Assembly (NCBI GenBank): GCA_041662245.1
Contig: JBAZSW010000007.1
Coordinates: 163-64,162 of the forward strand
Direction: 5' to 3'
Source of the DNA: Parcubacteria group bacterium
GTDB taxonomy: Bacteria; Patescibacteriota; Minisyncoccia; Moranbacterales; UBA9337
DNA length: 64,000 nt
A program made the position numbers and the translations under genes. This document shows, in pieces, positions 1 to 8,189 of the stretch. The stretch's first letter is position 1. Each line of letters begins with the position of its first letter. The notes beneath the pieces were generated by a model. That model saw nothing but the letters and a program-made list of their open reading frames with translations. It searched no databases and was not told the origin of the DNA.

Positions 1-545
1 TAGAATATTACTTCAGCTTGGAGATTTCTTCTTCCAAAAGCAAAGGCATCTGATTTAGTTTGCATATAAATATCAAACTTATTTCCTTTAATGGCACCAC
101 CTCTATCTTCACAGGTATAAGTACCATAACCTTCAATTTTAACTTTAGCACCAAAAGGATATTGAGGAGGACAGGCTAGAGTTCGAGCTGGTTGAACTTT
201 TAGACCGCTAGCTGTAATTCCCTTAGAGTTACCACATTCGTCAGCCGATGCTGTATAAGCAGAAGCATTGATGATGAATTTTCCTTCGGGCAGAGAGCTC
301 CATTGATGAGATTGTTTTGTTTTCCAAATAGAAAGCAATTTTTCATCCCTCGGATCAGTAACTGGTTTTTCTTGGTCTGTCTTAGGGAAGTTGTACCCAA
401 CAGGGAGATTTCCTATATAAATTATATTATTTTTTATTTTAAATTTTAGAGCTGTTTCGGAATTAGTTTTTATTTCACTAGCTAAAGTTAATTTAGGTAA
501 AAATATGCTAGCAATCAAAATCACTAAAACGATAATATTACGCAT
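1..545 (-). CDS. 3D-domain (MltA/YuiC-like) cell-wall-binding protein; C-terminus runs off the window edge
   Basis: Translated by hand from the minus strand. ATG at 545, then signal peptide MRNIIVLVILIASIFLPKLTLA, then ...ASADECGNSKGITASGLKVQPARTLACPPQYPFGAKVKIEGYGTYTCEDRGGAIKGNKFDIYMQ..., which carries the three conserved Asp of a 3D domain. Absent from the ORF track because no stop codon lies inside the window. Confidence 0.7.
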   Translation of the reverse strand, partial: MRNIIVLVILIASIFLPKLTLASEIKTNSETALKFKIKNNIIYIGNLPVGYNFPKTDQEKPVTDPRDEKLLSIWKTKQSHQWSSLPEGKFIINASAYTASADECGNSKGITASGLKVQPARTLACPPQYPFGAKVKIEGYGTYTCEDRGGAIKGNKFDIYMQTKSDAFAFGRRNLQAEVIF

Positions 546-667
546 CAAAAATTTATTAAACATTATTGTCCCAAGCGCGCTTGGAGACAGCCGCTTTTTG
601 GGCGGACTTACCTTGCTTTTTGAGCAAGAGTTGAATCAGGGAGTCCACAGGGCACTTTCTGAGTCAA

Positions 668-706
668 CTTACAATGATAGCATATAATTAGCGTTTTGTC
701 AATGGT
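668..706 (-). promoter_or_regulatory. Sigma-70-like promoter for the 3D-domain gene (TTGACA-17-TATCAT on the minus strand)
   Basis: The reverse complement reads ccaTTGACAaaacgctaattatatgcTATCATtg. It sits about 120 nt upstream of the ATG. Confidence 0.35.
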
Positions 707-785
707 TTTCGGGAGGTATTATTTAATAAATAATTAATGAGTTAACGTATTAACGAATTATTTTGTTGATTTAATTAACTAAAAA

Positions 786-816
786 ATCTGCAGATTAATG
801 CAGATTTTTATGCTTA
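786..816 (-). terminator. Rho-independent terminator after the tRNA-Cys/tRNA-Leu transcript (perfect hairpin aaaatctgca/tgcagatttt plus a T-run on the minus strand)
   Basis: aaaaatctgcagattaatgcagattttta. The minus-strand RNA reads AAAAAUCUGCAUUAAUCUGCAGAUUUUUU, directly 3' of the tRNA-Leu. Confidence 0.6.
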
Positions 817-820
817 TATG

Positions 821-903
821 TGCCCGAGGCGAGACTCGAACTCGCACGATTTTACAATCGAGGGATTTTAAGTCCCTTGTGTCTACCATTTCACCACCCG
901 GGC
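821..903 (-). tRNA. tRNA-Leu(UAA), class II with a long variable arm
   Basis: Reverse complement GCCCGGGTGGTGAAATGGTAGACACAAGGGACTTAAAATCCCT...GCGAGTTCGAGTCTCGCCTCGGGCA. Anticodon loop CTTAAAA gives UAA. The acceptor stem pairs with one G-U. CCA is not encoded. Confidence 0.85.
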
Positions 904-1007
904 TTTTGGGTGTTCGTATTTGATATGAGCTTCTAAAAAATATCATTTTTCAGAAGCTAAAATAATTCATTCTAAATGAGTGATTTTTTTTCTTTAATCT
1001 TAATCGG

Positions 1008-1078
1008 AGGTCCGAGGCGGACTTGAACCGCCGTACAAGGTTTTGCAGACCTTTGCCTAACCGCTCGGCCATCGGACC
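1008..1078 (-). tRNA. tRNA-Cys(GCA)
   Basis: Reverse complement GGTCCGATGGCCGAGCGGTTAGGCAAAGGTCTGCAAAACCTTGTACGGCGGTTCAAGTCCGCCTCGGACCT. Anticodon loop CTGCAAA gives GCA. 7 bp acceptor stem and a GGTTCAAGTCC T-arm. Confidence 0.85.
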
Positions 1079-1318
1079 TTTATGCCAATTTACATTTTTA
1101 TGTCTGCAAATTATTTTCTAAGATTGGGACAATCTATTTATCAAATCAAATAAGTACAAATCTATATTAACAAAGCTAGCAGAAGTGGTCAATGGGGAAT
1201 TATTGTTGGCGAAGTTCTTATTAATTTCTAAATCTTTGGGGCGGGCAGTTGTTTGAATTTATTTGAATTTTTGCTTTTTAAATGTTAAAATTAAATCATA
1301 ACTTTTATTAGTAATAAT

Positions 1319-2341
1319 ATGAAACTATTAGTCACAGGAGGGGCAGGTTTTATTGGTTCGAATTTTATTCGTTATATTTTAGAAAAATATCCTCAGGACA
1401 AAGTGATTAATTTTGATGCGCTTACTTATGCAGGAAATTTGGAAAATTTGAAAGATATTGAAAATAACCCTAACTACATTTTTGTGCATGGTGATATAAT
1501 GGATTCATTGCTTTTGGATGAGGTGGTGGAAGATGCAGATGTTATCGTACATTTTGCCGCCGAATCTCATGTCGATAGATCAATATTAGACAGTGATTCT
1601 TTTGTGCGAACTAATGTTAACGGAACTTTAAATTTGTTAGAAATTGCTAAAAATAGCGGTAAAAAAAGATTTCATCATATTTCTACGGATGAAGTGTATG
1701 GGTCGTTAGAAAAAGATGCGCCAGCTTTCAATGAAAAAACCCCGTATGACCCAAGAAGTCCTTATAGCGCCTCTAAAGCATCTTCAGATCATTTGGTAAG
1801 ATCTTATTTTCATACCCATAATTTGCCAGTTACAATTTCTAATTGTTCTAATAACTATGGACCTTATCAATTTCCAGAAAAAATAATCCCTTTCTTTATT
1901 ACCAGTTTAATGGAGGAAAAAAAAGTTCCCGTTTATGGAACGGGGGAAAATATTCGCGACTGGCTACATGTCATAGATCACTGTGCCGCTATTGATAAAA
2001 TCGTTAGGGAAGGAAAAATAGGGGAGACTTATTGCATCGGCGGAGGAGAGGAAAAAACCAATCTAGAAATTACTTATAAAATTTTAGATTTAATGGGATT
2101 TGATGAAAAATATATTGAGTATGTGCCCGATAGAAAGGGTCACGATAAAAGATACGCAGTTGATTTTACTAAAATAAAAAATGAATTAGGTTGGGAGCCG
2201 TCTATTTCATTTGAAGATGGAATAAAAGAAACGGTGGCATGGTATAAAAATAATAAAGAATGGTTGGATAATATCAAAACTGGTAAATATATGGAGTACA
2301 GTCGAGATTATCGAAATGATAAACATAAGAAGATTAATTAG
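1319..2341 (+). CDS. rfbB: dTDP-glucose 4,6-dehydratase
   Basis: N-terminal GGAGFIGSNF Rossmann motif. YSASKASSD catalytic YxxxK. Typical RmlB length of 340 aa. Confidence 0.9.
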   Translation: MKLLVTGGAGFIGSNFIRYILEKYPQDKVINFDALTYAGNLENLKDIENNPNYIFVHGDIMDSLLLDEVVEDADVIVHFAAESHVDRSILDSDSFVRTNVNGTLNLLEIAKNSGKKRFHHISTDEVYGSLEKDAPAFNEKTPYDPRSPYSASKASSDHLVRSYFHTHNLPVTISNCSNNYGPYQFPEKIIPFFITSLMEEKKVPVYGTGENIRDWLHVIDHCAAIDKIVREGKIGETYCIGGGEEKTNLEITYKILDLMGFDEKYIEYVPDRKGHDKRYAVDFTKIKNELGWEPSISFEDGIKETVAWYKNNKEWLDNIKTGKYMEYSRDYRNDKHKKIN

Positions 2342-2355
2342 GGATAACTTAAATT

Positions 2356-3300
2356 ATGAAAAAAATTTTAATATTGGGCGCCAAGGGAATGTTGGGGCAA
2401 GAATTGGTAAATATTTTTAGTAAAGGCGATTACGAAATTATTGCTTGGGATAAAGAAGAGCTAGATGTCCTCAAAGAGAAAGAAGCTGTTAAAAAAATAT
2501 CGGCGACTAAGGCAAAGATTATTTTAAATGCCGTAGCTTACAATGCTGTTGATAAATGCGAAGAAGAAGAGGAATTTGAATTAGCTAAAAAAATAAACGG
2601 AAAGGTCCCTGGATATTTGGCTAAAATAGCTAGAGATATGGGAGCAATTTTTGTGCATTATTCTAGCGACTATGTTTTTGGAGCTCAGATGCCCGAAATT
2701 CCTGAACCAGTAGGTTGTACGGGAAGTTGCGGAAGTTGTGGATTACATGCTGGTTTTGAGCCGGAGATTGGCTATGGTGAGGATGATAAACCTGCTCCTG
2801 TTAACAAATATGGACAGACTAAATTATTGGGAGAAAAGGAGGTAATAAAAAACGGAGAAAAATTCTATATCATTAGACTGTCTAAGTTATTCGGTAAGCC
2901 ATCTTCTGCCCTAGGAGCCAAAAAAAGTTTTTTTGATACAATGATAAGTTTAGTAAAAAATCCTCCAGAAGGCGGAATAAGAGTTATTGATGGAGAAACT
3001 AGCTGTTTTACTTATGCGCCTGATTTGGCGCAAAAAACTAAAGAGATAATTGAATCCAAAAAAGAATTTGGAATTTATCATATTACCAACAGTGATGGGG
3101 TGACTTGGTATGATGCGGCGGAAGAATTGTTTGCGCAAGCAGGATTAGAACATATAAAGATAGAACCGGTGGACAGTGACGAGTTCCTTCGACCGGCTCA
3201 GCGTCCGTATTTTTCTGTGTTGCTTAATAAAAAATTAAATCCACTAAGAAGTTACAAAGAAGCTTTATCGGAATATCTAAAAGATAACTTTAAAAAATAA
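2356..3300 (+). CDS. rfbD: dTDP-4-dehydrorhamnose reductase (RmlD) carrying a ~25 aa Cys/Gly-rich insertion
   Basis: ILGAKGMLG N-terminus, YSSDYVFG and YGQTKLLGE motifs. Immediately follows rfbB. The inserted segment is PEIPEPVGCTGSCGSCGLHAGFEPEIG. Confidence 0.8.
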   Translation: MKKILILGAKGMLGQELVNIFSKGDYEIIAWDKEELDVLKEKEAVKKISATKAKIILNAVAYNAVDKCEEEEEFELAKKINGKVPGYLAKIARDMGAIFVHYSSDYVFGAQMPEIPEPVGCTGSCGSCGLHAGFEPEIGYGEDDKPAPVNKYGQTKLLGEKEVIKNGEKFYIIRLSKLFGKPSSALGAKKSFFDTMISLVKNPPEGGIRVIDGETSCFTYAPDLAQKTKEIIESKKEFGIYHITNSDGVTWYDAAEELFAQAGLEHIKIEPVDSDEFLRPAQRPYFSVLLNKKLNPLRSYKEALSEYLKDNFKK

Positions 3301-3317
3301 AATTAAAAAACAAAAAA

Positions 3318-3524
3318 ATGATAAGAATAAAAATGATAGTGAAAACGGAAATAGGAGTTTCTATTATTTTAGTATTTTCTTTATTAGTAGCAATTTTTAC
3401 CGTAGTAGGTTTTGGTAAAACAATTAAAGATTTGGATAGAATAAATGAGTCTGTCCAAAAAAATCAAGCGGCACTTAATGAATTGCCAAAAAATGAACAA
3501 GGAACGCCAGTGATAAGTCATTGA
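3318..3524 (+). CDS. Small hypothetical membrane protein
   Basis: 68 aa ORF with a single TM segment (GVSIILVFSLLVAIFTVVGF). The start could be the internal M. Confidence 0.35.
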   Translation: MIRIKMIVKTEIGVSIILVFSLLVAIFTVVGFGKTIKDLDRINESVQKNQAALNELPKNEQGTPVISH

Positions 3525-3623
3525 CAGTTCTACCTTTTTAATGTATAATCGCGAGATGTGCAATTTTGCGCAGAGTTATTTTTATTTGAAATAAAGGTGG
3601 TATAACCTTAATAGGGGAGCTGG

Positions 3624-4130
3624 GTGAATATGGGAAATTTGACTACTGGGAAGTTTCTGATTTTGGTGATACTTGTAGCTACGACAGTGGGTATATATCG
3701 TGGACAAGGAGATACAATTAAACGTTATGAAACGGAGATCAAGGACCTGAAGACAAAAATCGAGAAATTGGAAGGAGAGGTCAAAGCAGGAGATGGTATA
3801 ATCTTGTTGGAAAATTTGGGTAGTCTGGGGCTAAACATTCAAATGCTTTCTCTTATGGAGGCGGGGGATGTCGTTCTTGACGAAAGAACAGAAAAAGCCA
3901 TGAGAAAAAGAATAGTCGGTGATATAGCTTTTATGTTAAAAGTAATCAGTGATTATTCGCTATCTGTTTATGGAGAATTTCCCGAAAAACTCGGCAAGAG
4001 TTTTGAGTCAATTACAGGAAACATCCAAAGCGATAACGTCAGAAAGGCTTTGATTGAGCTTTCGCAAGTTTATCCTCTTCTGGAGAAATTTGTGAAAGGG
4101 AAAGAATTGGTGGAAATGACAAATAAATAA
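3624..4130 (+). CDS. Hypothetical protein with an N-terminal TM helix and a coiled-coil
   Basis: 168 aa ORF. RBS-like ggggagctgggtg upstream. No family recognised. Confidence 0.5.
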   Translation: MNMGNLTTGKFLILVILVATTVGIYRGQGDTIKRYETEIKDLKTKIEKLEGEVKAGDGIILLENLGSLGLNIQMLSLMEAGDVVLDERTEKAMRKRIVGDIAFMLKVISDYSLSVYGEFPEKLGKSFESITGNIQSDNVRKALIELSQVYPLLEKFVKGKELVEMTNK

Positions 4131-4260
4131 TTTTTCCAAAGAGAATTTATTCGTAACTGGATTTTACAGAAATGTAGAATCCAGTTTTTTATACAAAAAA
4201 ACACCAATTTTATTTGGCGGTTTTTTTGCTATGTGGTACGTGTTTTATATTGTATGAAAG

Positions 4261-4608
4261 TTATTTTTTCACTTCTTCCATAAATTTTTCAAATACCTCA
4301 GGGTTTTCTCCGGCTAGTTGAGATAACACTTTTCTATCAAGCTCAATGCTTTTATCTTTTAGAACTTTGATAAATTTGCTATAGGATAATTCAAATTTTC
4401 TTACAGCATTGTTTAATCGGATAATCCAAAGTCCTCGCATAGTCCTTTTCTTAGTTCTCCTATCTCGGTAAGCATATTTCCCCGCTTTCAGAAGGGCTTC
4501 TTTGGCTGCTCTAAAATTAGTACTTCTTCTCCATTTAAAACCTTTAGTTAAGGCTAGAACATTTTTTCTTCTTTTATTGGCGGAAACACCGCGTTTTACT
4601 CGTGTCAT
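4261..4608 (-). CDS. rplT: 50S ribosomal protein L20
   Basis: MTRVKRGVSANKRRKNVLALTKGF...RDRRTKKRTMRGLWIIRLNNA is the canonical L20 sequence. Confidence 0.95.
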   Translation of the reverse strand: MTRVKRGVSANKRRKNVLALTKGFKWRRSTNFRAAKEALLKAGKYAYRDRRTKKRTMRGLWIIRLNNAVRKFELSYSKFIKVLKDKSIELDRKVLSQLAGENPEVFEKFMEEVKK

Positions 4609-4611
4609 TGT

Positions 4612-4694
4612 TTTAGTAACTAGTAACTAGTAACTAGTAACTAGTTTTCAGAAATTAAATTACTGATTACCGATTACTGATTACTGGTTACTGC
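4612..4694. repeat. Heptamer-repeat inverted pair in the rpmI-rplT spacer: (TAACTAG)x4 then (ATTACTG)x5, which can fold as a long imperfect hairpin in the mRNA
   Basis: gtaactagtaactagtaactagtaactagt ... tactgattaccgattactgattactggttactg. The same repeat family occurs at 5503-5599, 31169-31207 and 31606-31650. Confidence 0.7.
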
Positions 4695-4698
4695 GTAA

Positions 4699-4890
4699 TT
4701 ATACTATTGCTTTTAAAATATTTTTAGCTTCTTGTCCTACTATTTCCACATCCGATCTCTTCTTTCTCTTGAGAGTACCGGTTTGTTTGGCATTAAAATG
4801 ATTTTGTTTAGTATATCTGCGTAAAACTTTCTTCCCCCCAGTTATTTTAACTTTTTTTACAAGAGATTTTTTACTTTTCATCTTTGGCAT
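4699..4890 (-). CDS. rpmI: 50S ribosomal protein L35
   Basis: MPKMKSKKSLVKKVKITGGKKVLRRY... is the canonical L35 sequence, sitting between infC and rplT. Confidence 0.9.
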   Translation of the reverse strand: MPKMKSKKSLVKKVKITGGKKVLRRYTKQNHFNAKQTGTLKRKKRSDVEIVGQEAKNILKAIV

Positions 4891-4950
4891 AAAATTTTCT
4901 TTAGATTACCTGAAATTATTATTTAAAACTTTCTATTTATCAAATTATTT

Positions 4951-5493
4951 TTATTCGGGAGCCAGTAGAATGTTAAATCCTCCCGGAAACCTCTTAACAT
5001 CTTCTTCTATTTTATGAGGAATGTCAATACTGCTTACGAATTTTCGGATACCTGCGACGGCTAAATCTTGATGAGCTTTCTCTCTCCCTCGCAAGCGTAA
5101 TTCAATTTTTACTTTGTTGCCTTTACTTAAAAACTTTTCTGTCTGTTTTTTCTTAAAAGCGAGATCATGAGCATCGGTTCTTACTCCAAGTCGGACACCT
5201 TTTACATCAGTTTTTTTCTGTTTGGCTTTATTTAAACGATCTTGTTTAGATTGACTGTATTGAAATTTTCCAAAATTGGCTATTTTGCAAACGGGAGGAT
5301 TGGTATTGGGAGAAACTTCCACTAAATCCAAATTTTTAGATTTGGCCAAAGCAAGGGCGTCTGTATTGCTCATTTCACCCAATTGCTCCTTATTTTCACC
5401 AATAACAAAAACAATTGGTGTTCGAATATACTCGTTTATTCGATAACGAGGTTTTTGTTGAGTGGGTTTTCTTTTAGTATGACGTCTTCGCAT
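4951..5493 (-). CDS. infC: Translation initiation factor IF-3 (start codon uncertain; an AUU start is possible)
   Basis: RINEYIRTPIVFVIGENKEQLGEM and C-terminal KVKIELRLRGREKAHQDLAVAGIRKF are IF-3 N- and C-domain signatures. Upstream of rpmI-rplT, as in the classical operon. Confidence 0.9.
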   Translation of the reverse strand: MRRRHTKRKPTQQKPRYRINEYIRTPIVFVIGENKEQLGEMSNTDALALAKSKNLDLVEVSPNTNPPVCKIANFGKFQYSQSKQDRLNKAKQKKTDVKGVRLGVRTDAHDLAFKKKQTEKFLSKGNKVKIELRLRGREKAHQDLAVAGIRKFVSSIDIPHKIEEDVKRFPGGFNILLAPE

Positions 5494-5502
5494 GAGATAG
5501 TG

Positions 5503-5599
5503 ACTAGTAACTGGTAATCAGTAACTGGCAATTATTTTTTTTGTATTTAGTCTGTAACATTTAACTTGTTACGAGTTACTAATTACGGATTGCTAATTA
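5503..5599. repeat. Imperfect inverted repeat of the same AGTAACT/AGTAATC heptamer family upstream of infC, with an ~35 nt loop
   Basis: tgactagtaactggtaatcagtaactggcaat ... ttgttacgagttactaattacggattgctaat. The arms are roughly reverse-complementary. Confidence 0.6.
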
Positions 5600-5600
5600 A

Positions 5601-6013
5601 TGTGGAGCTGGTGGGAATTGAACCCACGTCCAGAATTGGCTAAAAAAACATTTCTACAAGTTTATTTTATCTTTTGTTCTGTTGCAAAACAGAGTTCTGG
5701 GCTAATAAATATAAGATAAACGAACTTTATTAGTCGATCTTTCGATTAGTTTTGCCAGTTATGCGAAGGAGACATAGTTGGCTATTCTAGTGATTGACAC
5801 CGAGGTCTGCTTACTAGAAATGGGCAGTTCGATGGCTGAAGCAATTTAGGCTAAAGCAGGAGCGAAAGATGGTGCAAATGCGTTAGCAATTGCGTCTTTA
5901 GCTTTTGATATAAAGTTTGCACTTATAATCGTGTAACCGAGTTTTACGACTATTATTACTTGAGTCGACTTGCTTAGTTTTTAAAGTTCAAACTGTCGAA
6001 ACTAGACAGCCCC
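5601..6013 (-). ncRNA. ssrA: tmRNA (ssrA), standard one-piece form
   Basis: The minus-strand 5' end GGGGCTGTCTAGTTTCGAC is the canonical tmRNA start. The 3' end GGACGTGGGTTCAATTCCCACCAGCTCCA is the T-arm plus acceptor. An internal tag reading frame is visible: GCT AAA GAC GCA ATT GCT AAC GCA TTT GCA CCA TCT TTC GCT CCT GCT TTA GCC TAA, giving AKDAIANAFAPSFAPALA*. Located directly downstream of smpB. Confidence 0.85.
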
Positions 6014-6056
6014 GCCCGCATCGCTACGCGAAGCGTTGCGGGCGGGCCCGCCCAAG
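6014..6056 (-). other. GC-rich perfect 10 bp hairpin (cccgcccgca...tgcgggcggg) immediately 5' of tmRNA, possibly a precursor or processing element
   Basis: cccgcccgcatcgctacgcgaagcgttgcgggcggg. No T-run on either strand. A degenerate direct copy (ctacgcgaagtgttgtcggcgcg) lies at 6103-6127. Confidence 0.4.
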
Positions 6057-6135
6057 AAAATACTGGGTAAGCTCTGTTTGCAACGCTAGTAGTATTATCT
6101 ACTACGCGAAGTGTTGTCGGCGCGAATGTTTAATT

Positions 6136-6585
6136 TTAATTTATATTGCGAAGAATTCTCTTCATTTTTCGAGTGGAATCTTTCTTCTTGATATCCTCGC
6201 GTTTATCGTATTCTTTTTTACCACGACCAACACCAAACTCAAGCTTGATAAGTCTTTTTTTAGTATAAACCCGAATAGGCACAAGTGTCAAGCCTTTAAC
6301 CTTGCCTTTTCCCAATAAAGACTTGATTTCCGATTTTTTAACCAATAATTTTCGAGAACGCCTAGAATCGTAACCAGTAGGATCACCTGCGAATTTGTAA
6401 AAAGGAATGTCAGCGTTGGTTAAATATAATTCATTCCCCTTAAAAGTAACAAAACTTCCCTTGAGACTAAGGTGACCAGTTTTTATGGATTTTACTTCGG
6501 CTCCTGTCAAAACCAAACCCGCCTCATATTTATCGGTGAGGGCATAATCAAAACTGGCTCGTTTGTTTACGGCGATTGTTGTCAT
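6136..6585 (-). CDS. smpB: SsrA-binding protein SmpB
   Basis: MTTIAVNKRASFDYALTDKYEAGLVLTGAEVKSIKTG...GKVKGLTLVPIRVYTKK is the conserved SmpB sequence. Confidence 0.92.
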   Translation of the reverse strand: MTTIAVNKRASFDYALTDKYEAGLVLTGAEVKSIKTGHLSLKGSFVTFKGNELYLTNADIPFYKFAGDPTGYDSRRSRKLLVKKSEIKSLLGKGKVKGLTLVPIRVYTKKRLIKLEFGVGRGKKEYDKREDIKKKDSTRKMKRILRNIN

Positions 6586-6778
6586 ATGGTTTTAGTGTAA
6601 CAGATGTTTCGAATGTTGGAAATGCTTGAGATGCTTGTTTCATATATTGAGCAAAATAAATTTTAAAACAATTCTTTGACATAATTGTTGTAGAGTGATA
6701 TTGTTTTTTAAAGTCGAAAATGACTCTAAATTAGATCTTTTAATAAACCTAAAATAATTTTACCCAAGGAGAAATGCC

Positions 6779-7627
6779 ATGGAAAAAACAATACAGCAAA
6801 TGGTGGATAATATAATTAAAAGCCAAAGGCAGTTATTTATAGCAGAGAGAGAAGTGGTGCGCCTGAAAGAGAGAATCTCGGTAAATAGTAGCGATGTGAT
6901 TAGGAATATTGAAAAAGGAAAAAGTTCTGGAGATCCAATAAGGGATTTAGTTATCGCAAGACACCGTGTATTTGGAGCGACAGAATTAGAAGAAAAATAT
7001 CGCTCTTTGGAAAGTAGGCTCAAGGGTAACATTGGCCAGTGTGTCATTACAATAGAAAAAAAAGACTGGCAGGAGTTTGCCGGTTTTCCAAATAATCACA
7101 AGAGTCGAGAACAACTCAATATCGGAATTTTAAGCGGAGAATCGTTTATTTCTGGGAATGATGGTTTTCGTTTCTCCTTTTTCTTTCCTGTAGAAAAATG
7201 CATTGCCTATTGGACAAAATCTTCTGGGCGTGCTGGAGAGAGATACTCTTGTACTAAAAAAATGGATGTACCTCATTTTCTAAGTGAGGAAACATTGTCC
7301 TCTGGCAAATATAAAGCAGATTTCATTGTCTCAATTGGTAATCAGGAAATATCCGATTATCTAGAGACTGCACCCGAAGATAGCTTGTTATTTTTGATGG
7401 AGGTTACTCGGGAGCTAGGTATTGAGTTTGACTCTTCTGAATTTAAGGAGTTTGTAAGAGAGCAAGAAGAGAAGCTGTCGGAAGAAATTGCCGACCTTCG
7501 ATCAACGATACATTTAATTGGAGTAGGATGTGAATTTAAAGATGAAACTAAGGAATCTGCTGAAAAAAAATTAGCAGAAGTTTTGACCAAGGCTAGTAAG
7601 CTTGGAATAAGTGTTCCCTCTAAATAA
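6779..7627 (+). CDS. Hypothetical protein (282 aa), monocistronic with its own RBS and terminator
   Basis: RBS aaggag 7 nt upstream of the ATG. No recognisable domain. Followed by an intrinsic terminator. Confidence 0.6.
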   Translation: MEKTIQQMVDNIIKSQRQLFIAEREVVRLKERISVNSSDVIRNIEKGKSSGDPIRDLVIARHRVFGATELEEKYRSLESRLKGNIGQCVITIEKKDWQEFAGFPNNHKSREQLNIGILSGESFISGNDGFRFSFFFPVEKCIAYWTKSSGRAGERYSCTKKMDVPHFLSEETLSSGKYKADFIVSIGNQEISDYLETAPEDSLLFLMEVTRELGIEFDSSEFKEFVREQEEKLSEEIADLRSTIHLIGVGCEFKDETKESAEKKLAEVLTKASKLGISVPSK

Positions 7628-7639
7628 GATTTAATTATC

Positions 7640-7686
7640 AAAAAACAAAAGTCATCACCATTTTTGGTAGATGACTTTTTTATTTT
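7640..7686 (+). terminator. Rho-independent terminator (agtcatcacc...ggtagatgact plus a T-run)
   Basis: aaaagtcatcaccatttttggtagatgacttttttattttttt. Confidence 0.6.
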
Positions 7687-7696
7687 TTTAAAAAGA

Positions 7697-7731
7697 TTGA
7701 CAAATCAATGATTTAATGTTATATAACTTAT
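7697..7731 (+). promoter_or_regulatory. Near-consensus sigma-70 promoter TTGACA-17-TATATA
   Basis: ttgacaaatcaatgatttaatgttatataact, followed by the RBS gggagg and the ATG at 7779. Confidence 0.5.
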
Positions 7732-7778
7732 GGTAGAGGAGAGGATAGTTTTTTTATCTTATTTTTTGGGAGGTAAAG

Positions 7779-8111
7779 ATGAGCGAGGTAATGGTGTATG
7801 CTGGAGGAAATGGTGTAAGTGTTCCGGATGATTGTGAGCCATTTTTCTTTGCAAAGATAAATGAGGAAGATGGTTATCTGGTGATTTATGGGCATTCGGA
7901 TGGAAGACTATCCGATGGAAAAGCGGCTATCGGTCATGAAGGCGTTCCAATGGAAATATTTAAAATTAACCATGGGCACTGGATTGGAGCGGGGAAAAAA
8001 AGAGGAATCATAGAAGTGGACTACAAGGGTAGTCTTATGAACGTTGCATTTTCTCCAAAGGAGGGGCGTTACAATAACCACCCCTTCGAGAAAGTTATAG
8101 AAAACATCTGA
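7779..8111 (+). CDS. Hypothetical protein (110 aa)
   Basis: Strong promoter and RBS (gggaggtaaagATG). No recognisable family. Confidence 0.6.
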   Translation: MSEVMVYAGGNGVSVPDDCEPFFFAKINEEDGYLVIYGHSDGRLSDGKAAIGHEGVPMEIFKINHGHWIGAGKKRGIIEVDYKGSLMNVAFSPKEGRYNNHPFEKVIENI

Positions 8112-8189
8112 TTTGGTTGACTTTTGTTTCAATATCGTCTTATACTATTATAGGAATTGAAAATGACATTTGAGAATTTTGGCTACTTT

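Noticed and set aside
200-400. 66 aa minus-strand ORF
   Set aside because: Out of frame with, and fully inside, the 3D-domain CDS, which has clear domain motifs.
505-687. 60 aa plus-strand ORF in the track
   Set aside because: It lies in the promoter/leader of the minus-strand 3D-domain gene. It has no RBS and its composition is driven by the GC-rich palindrome. Treated as non-coding.
2950-3138. Antisense ORF inside rfbD (and, elsewhere, 7357..7641, 7908..8132, 12630..13052, 15844..16155, 17547..18327, 23447..23809, 25977..26366, 27424..27657, 28429..28707, 32426..32695, 37564..37962, 40542..40754, 57243..57647, 62957..63268)
   Set aside because: All lie within and opposite to longer ORFs that carry recognisable conserved motifs. 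These are typical AT-rich antisense noise.
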